Source: an uncultured delta proteobacterium (GTDB taxonomy: Bacteria; Desulfobacterota; Desulfuromonadia; Geobacterales; Pseudopelobacteraceae). From it: 64,000 nucleotides of DNA. This document shows, piece after piece, positions 9,516-17,737 of this stretch. How positions within the stretch are numbered: the stretch's first letter is position 1; each line of letters starts with the position of its first letter. Location of the stretch: the NCBI GenBank assembly GCA_963772835.1, contig CAVYYZ010000005.1, forward strand, positions 1 to 64,000, given 5' to 3'. The notes beneath the pieces were generated by a model. It was not told where the DNA came from and searched no databases. It saw only the letters and a program-made list of their open reading frames with translations. The translations under genes were made by a program, and so were the position numbers.

Positions 9516-10355
9516 TTACGGAACGGTAACCGTCGCTGCGTCAATATTAACTGCGGACTGTGCCAGCAATCTGCCTTTGATCGAAGCAAGGTTCCCCATT
9601 GTAATCGAGGTCTGCCCCAGAATAATTCCCTCAAAGTGCGTATTCGCACCGATATTCACCGCTCCTGCAACCTGCCAGAAGACGTTTTTGGAGAGTGCAC
9701 CACCGGTCAGGATAACGTTCTTGGCAGCGGCCATGGTGAGTGTCCCCGCTACTTTGAAAATCCAGACATCTGTTGCACTGCCATTGAGAGTAAGGTCAGT
9801 TGGAATGGTAATGGCACTCCCCCACTGGTAGACACCCGGGGTGAGGGTTAACGAAGTAAGTGTTCCGGCCCCCACGTTTGTGGTTGCTGCAGAGGTGGCT
9901 GTTCTGCCGGCGGCTGCGGTGTATGCGGTTCCCATGTTGGCTACAGCTGTGGTCAGGTTTGCAGCAGTACTCCCCCCGACATTATCGGATGAGAATAATT
10001 TCCCGGGTGCTGCAACCTGTGCAGAAGTAAAATAGGTGTCAGTAGGTTCGGTTATGAGCGACCATCCGGTCAGATACCCTCTGGCCGCCGGGCTCAAACC
10101 AATATACCCGGTCACTACCGAACTTGGCACGGACGCGACACCGGTCGTTGCCAGAATCGCATAATTACCGGCCGTTCCAAGCGGTACGGCTGCCGTTTCC
10201 ACACTCACTGCTCCCCTTGTTGCTGCGTCTAATACTGTGGCACTTCCTTGCGAACTCGAACTTCCTCCACCGCATCCGGCCATAACAACTGACAAAAACA
10301 GCGCTGACAGAACACATGCCAGAGACCTCACATTGATGTTTAAACTTTTACGCAT
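9516..10355 (-). CDS. DUF3494 ice-binding-like lipoprotein
   Basis: Lipobox MAGC; LGTAGNYAILA, TLTPGVY, VWIFKVAG, KNVFWQVAG and GRLLAQSAV motifs. Confidence 0.92.
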   Translation of the reverse strand: MRKSLNINVRSLACVLSALFLSVVMAGCGGGSSSSQGSATVLDAATRGAVSVETAAVPLGTAGNYAILATTGVASVPSSVVTGYIGLSPAARGYLTGWSLITEPTDTYFTSAQVAAPGKLFSSDNVGGSTAANLTTAVANMGTAYTAAAGRTATSAATTNVGAGTLTSLTLTPGVYQWGSAITIPTDLTLNGSATDVWIFKVAGTLTMAAAKNVILTGGALSKNVFWQVAGAVNIGANTHFEGIILGQTSITMGNLASIKGRLLAQSAVNIDAATVTVP

Positions 10356-10415
10356 GTTGTCATCTCCTCTTCTAAAATAGTAGCCATCCGAATGGCTTGT
10401 TACTGATACGAGGTT

Positions 10416-10560
10416 ACAACATGCGTGCCAAGGAATTGAAGCGGATGTATAAACAATAAATATCTGTTTTTAAACGATATTTATAGAACAGAGCTGTTGT
10501 AAAAACGGATATCAGGTAAAGACTGCCCGTCGCATGTAACAATGCCGTCACATATGGCGG
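10416..10560 (-). promoter_or_regulatory. sigma54 promoter cassette for the IBP-IBP-beta-barrel operon
   Basis: TGGCAC-GCATG-TTGT at 10430..10416; IHF-like site 10457-10469; palindromes 10527-10542 and CCGTCACATATGGCGG 10545-10560. Confidence 0.85.
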
Positions 10561-10583
10561 CAAAATACGTACAGAATGCAGGA

Positions 10584-10612
10584 AGCCCGCAACCAATATC
10601 CGGTTGCGGGCT
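10584..10612 (-). terminator. hairpin terminator after the OmpA-like gene
   Basis: Stem AGCCCGCAACC/GGTTGCGGGCT. Confidence 0.65.
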
Positions 10613-10652
10613 CCATTTTTGTTATTCACGGACCTGTGGCCCATGTTTACTA

Positions 10653-12242
10653 CTATTCGATGATATCAATAACCACCCTCATGTTGGCATACGCTGCATC
10701 TGAGTATATATTTGAAGGCATAGATTCATACTTTGCAGGGTTGGACTTACCGTATCCGACCGTACTTATACGGCTGCCATCAATTCCACCTGATTTTACC
10801 AGGTAGTTTTTGACAGCTACCGCGCGTCGTTCGCTCAACTTCTGGTTATACTCTACCGTACCTGCTGCAGAGGTATATCCTGCAACGCGGATTTTCATTT
10901 CAGGATTGGCTTTCAAAGTCGCCGCATTATTATTCAATATTGTTTTGCCGTTCTCGCTGATTTCGGCGCTATCAAATTCGAAATGCGACTTGTCAAGCGT
11001 AGCCAGACATCCGATGATTGTAGGTTCTGCAAACGCTGTAAAGTTCCACACATAGTTATGTGCCATCGGATTAGCTGCCAGATCTCTGACGCCTGTGGTA
11101 ACAGTGGCAGTATAAACTTTCCCCTTTTCCAATCTCTTAGACGGAGTAAAGGTTGCATTTGAAGCTGTACTGTTCACAATCCCGGCGAGAGGAGTCTCAC
11201 CCTGTTTTACAGTGAATGTTGCTGAGGTAATCGTAGCCGGATCCATCGGTTCACTGAAAGCAGCATTGACTTTACTATTGGTTGGAGCTGCCGGCGCGCC
11301 ATTTGGTGGTGACGTAAAAGAGACTGTCGGCGCGGTGGTATCTTCAACCATACCTGTAGTGAACTCCCACTGGTAGTCTTTTGCCATTTCATTGCCTGCA
11401 AGGTCTGTGACCCCGTTTGTAACCGTGGCTGTATACAGTTTCCCCTTTTGCAGGTTGCTTGCAGGAGTAAAAGTTACGGTTGATTCGGTGATTGTCAATT
11501 TTCCCGAAACACTTTCTGTTCCCTGTTTCAAGGTACAGGTGGATCCGGTGAATGTAGTTGCGTCCATCTCCTCACTGAAGGCTACACTGACTTTCTGGTT
11601 GACGGGCACAGCTGCATCGCCTCTGGCTGGTGACGTAAAAGTCACAGTCGGTGGGGTGTTATCCACCTCTTCTGCGATAACTGCAGTCGCTTTCCTTACC
11701 CCGCCGAACTGAAAGGTCAGGCCGACCGAGTATTCCAGATTATTGTGCCCGGTGTCGTCTATAAGCAGTACGTGCCGTACGTCACCCCGCAACGCTATAT
11801 CGGGAGAAACGAAGTATTTGACACCGGCACCGTAATCGACCAGACCGGCACTGTGGTCCTTCAGACGGGGAGTCTGGGGTGTTTTGAAGTTGGTACCGCC
11901 ACCGCCGACTGCAACAAACGGCACGAAGGCTTTGTCAGGCATGAAATGGTACAGAACGTCGACTCCATAACGATACAGGTCGGTCTCCCGAGATCCGTAC
12001 CCTCTCCTCGTTTCGGTCAGACTGTACCCGAACATAGCCTCGGCCCCCAGGTGTTTGGTGAAGTTGTAGCCGGCGCGCAGGCCGAATATCGGGCGGCTCT
12101 CTTCGCGCTGATCCTTATCCAGTAGATATCCGCCGACAAACGGGGATACAGTAACCGCCCCTTGCCGGTTTTCGGCAAATCCGGGGGTTGCGAGGGTAAC
12201 AAGCAGTAAGCCTGTCAATGTTCCCTTCAATAGTTTTTTCAT
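10653..12242 (-). CDS. OmpA-family protein: beta-barrel + two Big_5 (SbsA-like Ig) domains + peptidoglycan-binding OmpA_C
   Basis: Start MKKLLKG; barrel ends YSVGLTFQFGG; two DxTxPTV..SP..V.VAFSExMD units; GYTS..YNQKLSERRA..GYG..NMRV. Confidence 0.88.
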   Translation of the reverse strand: MKKLLKGTLTGLLLVTLATPGFAENRQGAVTVSPFVGGYLLDKDQREESRPIFGLRAGYNFTKHLGAEAMFGYSLTETRRGYGSRETDLYRYGVDVLYHFMPDKAFVPFVAVGGGGTNFKTPQTPRLKDHSAGLVDYGAGVKYFVSPDIALRGDVRHVLLIDDTGHNNLEYSVGLTFQFGGVRKATAVIAEEVDNTPPTVTFTSPARGDAAVPVNQKVSVAFSEEMDATTFTGSTCTLKQGTESVSGKLTITESTVTFTPASNLQKGKLYTATVTNGVTDLAGNEMAKDYQWEFTTGMVEDTTAPTVSFTSPPNGAPAAPTNSKVNAAFSEPMDPATITSATFTVKQGETPLAGIVNSTASNATFTPSKRLEKGKVYTATVTTGVRDLAANPMAHNYVWNFTAFAEPTIIGCLATLDKSHFEFDSAEISENGKTILNNNAATLKANPEMKIRVAGYTSAAGTVEYNQKLSERRAVAVKNYLVKSGGIDGSRISTVGYGKSNPAKYESMPSNIYSDAAYANMRVVIDIIE

Positions 12243-12288
12243 TGCAGTTCTCCTCAATAGTTGTTGAATCAGTAAAGTTTAGTTCGGG

Positions 12289-12322
12289 GGATCTTCCCGC
12301 AGTTCACACTGCGGGAAGATCC
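12289..12322. promoter_or_regulatory. intercistronic stem-loop, homologous to 7434..7473
   Basis: 15-bp stem GGATCTTCCCGCAGT/ACTGCGGGAAGATCC. Confidence 0.6.
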
Positions 12323-12338
12323 GGCAATTATGCACACC

Positions 12339-14069
12339 TTACGGTGCTGGTACGTTTACCGTAGTGCCCTGCAAAGCGATGGTACCGGCATTGATTGCAC
12401 CGGCCAGAATGCGGCCGTTTATCGTTGAGCCGGTCACCGCGGTGACATCTCTGCCGGACACGATGGTTCCGTAAAAGATCGTACCAACTCCTACAGTCGC
12501 GTCTTCGGTAGGAACCCAAAATACGTTCTTTTCCTGGGCTCCGCCGGTAAGCAGAACACTTGCCTGCGTTGTCAGTGAAGAACCGATCTGGAAGACCCAC
12601 GTAGCATTGGCGTTGCCGCCTGCATCGAGTGTGAGGGGGGTAGAGACCAGCATAGTACTGCCGGATGTGTAGGTTCCGGGAGGAATGCCGGCAGGATATA
12701 ATGCTCCCAGATCTGCACCGGCACTGATAATTGTTCCTGACGGCAGGGCTTTGGCTGTGTTATACGCAGCCAGCAGGTCAAGACGGGCCTGTGCAGATAC
12801 GCTGTCATTAATATGTATCGCACCGTTCACTATTCCTGCAGGGAAACCGGTCATTGAAGTACCCGGATCCAGGGAGACATCCCCGTTGATGACAGAGAAT
12901 CCGGTACTGGTGATTGCGGAAGTGGCCATAATGCCGAAAGAACCGGCTGAAGCGAGGTTTATCGGTGAAGCGGATGGAGGAGCAATATTATTGTCTGTCG
13001 TAAAGCTCCAGACATAGTCAAGTGCCAGGGCATTACCGGACAGATCTTTGGCTCCGGTGGTAACGGTTGCAGTATAGGTCGTGTTGATGGCAAGATTTGC
13101 CGCCGGTTTAAAGGTCGCCATTCTCGATAGCGGATTATACGTAACCGTTCCTGAAAGTACCGGAAGACCCAATGGCGGACCGGAGGTCTGCAGTGTAAAA
13201 GTTGCGGTGCTGATGGTTGCATTATCCATATCCTTGCTGAACGTTGCATGGACGTCACTGTTTGTAGCCACATTTATGGCAAGATCGGCAGGATTAACCA
13301 GTGTCACCGTCGGCGGAGAAGCATCGGCAAGCGCACCGGTGGTAAAGGAAAAAACATAATTTCTTGCCAGGGTATTGCCGGCGAGGTCTGCAGCGGCAGT
13401 TGTAATCGTACCGGTATACAGGGTGTTGTTGGCAAGATTTCCGGTCGGCGTAAAGATTGCCGATGTACCGCCCGGGACAACTGTCCCTGTTACGGGAGTA
13501 ACGCCGGGACCGGTCAGGGTAAATGATGCCGTGGTGATTGAAGAAGAAGCCATCGCCTCACTGAAGCCGACGGTGACTTTGCGGTTAATCGGCACCGCAC
13601 CGGCGTTATTGGTTGGAGAGGTTACTCTCACGGTCGGCCTGGTGATGTCTGCGGCAGTACCTGTCGTAAAGGTAAAGACATAATTACTTGCCAGAGCATT
13701 GCCTGCCAGATCTCTCGCGCCGGTTTTAATCGTGGCGGTATAGAGGGTATTGATTGTAAGAGTGCTGACCGGTGTGAAGGTAGCCGATGTCCCGGCCGCG
13801 GCGACTGTTCCCGGTACGGAGGTACCGCCGGGGCCGGTGAGTGTAAACGTTGTCGAATTGATCGACACAGGGTCCATCGCCTCACTGAACCCTACGTGGA
13901 TAATCCGGTTGATGGGTACAGCTGTTTGACCGTTAATAGGGGCGGTGACACTGACAGTCGGTGCGATAGTGTCTACGAATTCAGGGCTGTTGCTTGCGCA
14001 CCCTGCTACGAATGCGACGAGTAGTAATGCCAGATACCGCATTTTTGAATATCCATTGTTTATCTTCAT
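12339..14069 (-). CDS. lipoprotein with three Big_5 Ig-like domains and C-terminal DUF3494 ice-binding-like domain
   Basis: Start MKINNGYSK; lipobox VAGC; 3x D..xPTV..FSEAM..DLAGNAL..YVFxFTTG; LTLDAGGNANATWVFQIGS, NVFW and INGRILA motifs. Confidence 0.92.
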   Translation of the reverse strand: MKINNGYSKMRYLALLLVAFVAGCASNSPEFVDTIAPTVSVTAPINGQTAVPINRIIHVGFSEAMDPVSINSTTFTLTGPGGTSVPGTVAAAGTSATFTPVSTLTINTLYTATIKTGARDLAGNALASNYVFTFTTGTAADITRPTVRVTSPTNNAGAVPINRKVTVGFSEAMASSSITTASFTLTGPGVTPVTGTVVPGGTSAIFTPTGNLANNTLYTGTITTAAADLAGNTLARNYVFSFTTGALADASPPTVTLVNPADLAINVATNSDVHATFSKDMDNATISTATFTLQTSGPPLGLPVLSGTVTYNPLSRMATFKPAANLAINTTYTATVTTGAKDLSGNALALDYVWSFTTDNNIAPPSASPINLASAGSFGIMATSAITSTGFSVINGDVSLDPGTSMTGFPAGIVNGAIHINDSVSAQARLDLLAAYNTAKALPSGTIISAGADLGALYPAGIPPGTYTSGSTMLVSTPLTLDAGGNANATWVFQIGSSLTTQASVLLTGGAQEKNVFWVPTEDATVGVGTIFYGTIVSGRDVTAVTGSTINGRILAGAINAGTIALQGTTVNVPAP

Positions 14070-14291
14070 ATGTGTCCCCTCCTTTGGGACTTTGGTACGT
14101 TCATTTCTGTTCTGATCATTCGAGTGGCAATCCTTGGATTGCATATTTTCTACACTTCCGCTTCGCATGTACTTTATTCCTTTAGTATCAATGTGATTAC
14201 ATCAAGCGTTCTTTGGTTCACAGGGATCCCTCACAAAGACTCCATAAACGTGAATTCAGAGTGAGATGACCAGGATCATGATTGTGGTAAG

Positions 14292-14420
14292 GCAAATAGT
14301 CGGCCAAGAGCCAAATAAATATCAGTACACGGGATTATTCATGTAATAACGGGTGGTTGGCATTACTGCAGGAAACATCAGGCGGTATGAAACGGCTCGT
14401 CAGGCCGCAATATATGGCGG
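14292..14420 (-). promoter_or_regulatory. sigma54 promoter cassette for the Big_5-IBP / OmpA operon
   Basis: TGGCCG-ACTAT-TTGC at 14306..14292; palindrome CCGCAATATATGGCGG 14405-14420 (spacing 114, atypical). Confidence 0.65.
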
Positions 14421-14511
14421 AACCTCAGCATATTGAGGAAATTATGGAGGGAGGTGAGCCCACCGTAACCGTGGCGTTAGCGGTACCCATCACAATAAAT
14501 TAGGGCATTGC

Positions 14512-17172
14512 ATGAATTACTGGTATTCTATCCACATGAAAGTGCAATCAATTCCGGGAAATGCAGGAAATTATCGAGAAAAACCTGCTCCGAATGGTTC
14601 CGGGAAGCATCCGAATGGCCTTCCTTTCCCCATCGTTGGTATCGGTGCCTCTGCCGGTGGCCTGGAGGCCCTGGAGCAGTTCCTGCGACATGTGACGGAA
14701 AATTGCGGCATCGCCTTTGTCATCGTCCAGCACCTCGACCCGACCCATAAGGGAATCATGCCCGAACTGCTCCAGCGCACCACGAAAATGGAGGTTTTCC
14801 AGGTCAAGGACCGGATGCGGGTCAAGCCAAACTGTGTCTATGTGATCCCCCCCAACAAGGAAATGTCCATTCTACATGGTGTACTGCATCTGTTTGATCC
14901 TACAGCGACTCGCGGCCTGCGTCTCCCGATCGATATTTTCCTCCGTTCCCTGGCCGAAGACCGCACGCAGAACAGTATCGGAATCATCCTCTCCGGCATG
15001 GGCTCGGACGGCACGCTGGGACTCCGTGCAATCAAGGAAAGCGGCGGTCTGACTCTGGTGCAGGAGCCCACATCAGCCAAGTTCGACAGCATGCCCAGAA
15101 GCGCCATTAATGCGGGACTGGCCGACCTGATCGCCCCGGCAGAGAATCTGCCCGAAAAGCTCATCAATTATCTACGGCATCCACTCACCTTCATCAAGAC
15201 GGCCCCCCCACCGGAGGAAAAAGATCAGAGCGCCCTGGAGAAAATCCTGATTCTGCTGCGCTCCAAGACCGGCAACGACTTTTCGCTGTACAAAAAAAAC
15301 ACTATCTACCGCCGTATCGAGCGCCGCATGGGCGTCCATCAGATTGACCGGATCGCCGCGTATGTCCGCTATCTGCAGGAGAATCCCCAGGAGGTGGATC
15401 TGCTCTTCAAAGAGCTTCTGATCGGCGTGACCGGCTTTTTCCGTGATCCGGAAGTCTGGGAACAGGTTCGGGATGAAGCGATCCCGCTACTTCTGGCAGG
15501 TTACCCGACCGGAGGCTGCCTGCGAGCCTGGTCGACCGGATGTTCAACCGGTGAAGAGGCCTATTCGCTGGCGATTGTTTTCAAGGAGGCATTGGAACAG
15601 GTCAAACCCGGCAGTCATTTCACGATACAGATCTTTGCCACCGATCTGGACCAGGACGGGATTGACAGCGCCCGCCGGGCGGTCTATCCGGCCAAGATCG
15701 CGTCAGAGATGACCCCTGAACGACTGCAGCGGTTCTTTATCAAAGACGGCGACGGTTACCGGATCTGCAAGGAGATTCGTGAGATGGTTACCTTCGCCAC
15801 GCAGAATGTCATAATGGACGCCCCCTTTACCAAGCTGGATATTCTGGTCTGCCGCAACCTTCTGATCTATCTGACGCCGGAACTGCAGAAAAAGCTCATG
15901 CCGCTCTTTCATTACAGCCTGAATCCCGGCGGGGTGCTGTTTTTGGGAAGCGCAGAGTCCGTCAGCACCTTTTCCGACATCTTCGCGCCGTTTAAAATCA
16001 AGTCGCGACTCTTCCGGCGCCGGGAATCAGCACTGTCCGAACCAATAGCGTTTCCGGCGACGTCAGTTCCACAACGACCGGGAGTTCCCAAGGAGTCACC
16101 GATGGTAATACCTGCTGTCAATCTTCAGGCGCTGGCAGACCAGCTGCTGCTGCAACACTATTCCCCGCCGGCTGTGTTGACCAACAACAGGGGGGACATC
16201 GTCTACATCAGCGGGCGTACCGGCGACTATCTCGAACCTGCAGCCGGGAAGGCCAACTGGAATATTTTCGCCATGGCCCGGGAGGGGCTCCGGTTTGAAC
16301 TGGGAAGTGCCTTCCAGAAGGCGCTCCGGCAAAAAGGGGTGATCACCGTCAAGAGTATCAAAGGCAAAACGGGCGGTGATATGCAGTCCGTTGACATTTC
16401 GGTCCAGGAGATTGACAAGCCGGAGGCGCTACGCGGAATGATGATGATCGTTTTTACCGATGTAACAACTCCCCCGCAAAAGAAAGCAGCGGGTCGTTCC
16501 AAATCTGCCCCGACCGACAGCCCCTCCGTTCACGGATTGGATCAGGAACTCCTACAGACTCGCGAAGAGCTTAAAACCACCCGTGAGGAGATGCAATCCT
16601 CACAGGAAGAGCTCACTTCTGCCAACGAGGAACTTCAATCCACCAATGAGGAACTCCAGTCCACCAACGAGGAGCTGACCACCTCCCGTGAAGAGATGCA
16701 ATCCTTAAACGAAGAGCTGCAAACGGTAAACGCCGAACAGCAATCCAAAATGGAAGAGTTTTCCCGGGTAAGCGACGACATGCGGAACCTGCTTAACAGC
16801 ACAGAAATAGTCACCGTATTCCTTGACAACAAACTTCAGGTCCGGCGTTTCACCACCGGGGCGGATAAACTCTTCAAGCTGAGAGCTGGCGATGTGGGGC
16901 GACCGCTTTCCGATATCGTAACCGACCTGGTTTATCCCGGGTTGGCCGAAGAAGCGCGGGATGTACTGCGAACGCTGATCTTTTCGGAGAAACAGGTTAC
17001 CACCAATGATGGACGCTGGTTTTCGGTGCGCATCATGCCCTACCGCACTACCGAGGATGTGATTTCCGGGGTAGTAATCACTTTTTCGAACATCACAGCG
17101 GCCAAGGTTTTGGAAGCGGAACTGCGCGCGGAGAATGCGCGATTGAAGGGGTTACTGGAAAATAAAAAGTAA
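14512..17172 (+). CDS. CheB methylesterase-CheR methyltransferase fusion with PAS domains, no kinase output (start may be 14536)
   Basis: GIGASAGG, VQHL and GMGSDG (CheB); GVTGFFRD, WSTGCSTGEEAYS and CRNLLIY (CheR); ELQSTNEE heptads; C-terminal PAS. Confidence 0.92.
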   Translation: MNYWYSIHMKVQSIPGNAGNYREKPAPNGSGKHPNGLPFPIVGIGASAGGLEALEQFLRHVTENCGIAFVIVQHLDPTHKGIMPELLQRTTKMEVFQVKDRMRVKPNCVYVIPPNKEMSILHGVLHLFDPTATRGLRLPIDIFLRSLAEDRTQNSIGIILSGMGSDGTLGLRAIKESGGLTLVQEPTSAKFDSMPRSAINAGLADLIAPAENLPEKLINYLRHPLTFIKTAPPPEEKDQSALEKILILLRSKTGNDFSLYKKNTIYRRIERRMGVHQIDRIAAYVRYLQENPQEVDLLFKELLIGVTGFFRDPEVWEQVRDEAIPLLLAGYPTGGCLRAWSTGCSTGEEAYSLAIVFKEALEQVKPGSHFTIQIFATDLDQDGIDSARRAVYPAKIASEMTPERLQRFFIKDGDGYRICKEIREMVTFATQNVIMDAPFTKLDILVCRNLLIYLTPELQKKLMPLFHYSLNPGGVLFLGSAESVSTFSDIFAPFKIKSRLFRRRESALSEPIAFPATSVPQRPGVPKESPMVIPAVNLQALADQLLLQHYSPPAVLTNNRGDIVYISGRTGDYLEPAAGKANWNIFAMAREGLRFELGSAFQKALRQKGVITVKSIKGKTGGDMQSVDISVQEIDKPEALRGMMMIVFTDVTTPPQKKAAGRSKSAPTDSPSVHGLDQELLQTREELKTTREEMQSSQEELTSANEELQSTNEELQSTNEELTTSREEMQSLNEELQTVNAEQQSKMEEFSRVSDDMRNLLNSTEIVTVFLDNKLQVRRFTTGADKLFKLRAGDVGRPLSDIVTDLVYPGLAEEARDVLRTLIFSEKQVTTNDGRWFSVRIMPYRTTEDVISGVVITFSNITAAKVLEAELRAENARLKGLLENKK

Positions 17173-17185
17173 ATTTGATCAATTG

Positions 17186-17612
17186 TCCCCCTCTCCTGGA
17201 GGGAGGGGGTTAGGGGGTGGGGGGGACTGCCATGAAACTACAAAATTCCCTACATTCATTTGCCAGAGAATTGCGTAACAATTGCACCGATACTGAACGC
17301 CTCTTGTGGCGTTATTTGAGAAACAGTCAGCTTGAAGGTGTCAAGTTCCGCAGGCAGCAACCAATTGAAACGTATATTGTTGACTTCATTTCCTTCGATA
17401 AAAGGATAATCATAGAGCTTGACGGCGGACAGCATTCGGAAAACAAAGAATATGACAAACAAAGAGATGCCTGTCTGCGAGCGAACGGTTTTGTTGTATT
17501 AAGATTCTGGAATAACGAAGTAATAGAAAATACTGAGGGCGTACTAGAGGTTATCAGGCAACAATGTTTGCAAGTTACCTCCCCCACCCCCTAGCCCCCT
17601 CCCGGGGCGGGA
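17186..17612 (+). mobile_element. DUF559 gene flanked by inverted GC-rich palindromic repeats
   Basis: Left end CCCCCTCTCCTGGAGGGAGGGGGTTAGGGGGTGGGGG; right end CCCCCACCCCCTAGCCCCCTCCC; sits between cheBR and its kinase; the ORF looks AT-richer than its flanks. Confidence 0.55.
17232..17594 (+). CDS. DUF559 (Vsr-like endonuclease) protein
   Basis: ARELRNNCTDTERLLW..KFRRQQPI..YIVDF..IIELDGGQH..RD..VLRFWNNEV. Confidence 0.92.
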   Translation: MKLQNSLHSFARELRNNCTDTERLLWRYLRNSQLEGVKFRRQQPIETYIVDFISFDKRIIIELDGGQHSENKEYDKQRDACLRANGFVVLRFWNNEVIENTEGVLEVIRQQCLQVTSPTP

Positions 17613-17737
17613 CAAGGGCAAGCAGCGGGGTATCTGTAACCTTAGTTGATGCTCGAATCGCCGCAAGCGGGGGGTACTTACCCAAAGTTATTCAATGCCA
17701 CATTGCTTTAAAATCCGAGACAAGCGAGAGTATCCTA

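Noticed and set aside
14358..14370. TGGCATTACTGCA as a sigma54 promoter for cheBR
   Set aside because: The GG-to-GC spacing is 7, not the required 10. Look-alikes near 50271, 56115 and 57015 also lack a correctly spaced GC.
17564..17737. ORF-track start of the hybrid kinase
   Set aside because: It runs through the DUF559 right-end repeat. The paralogs align from about 17738.
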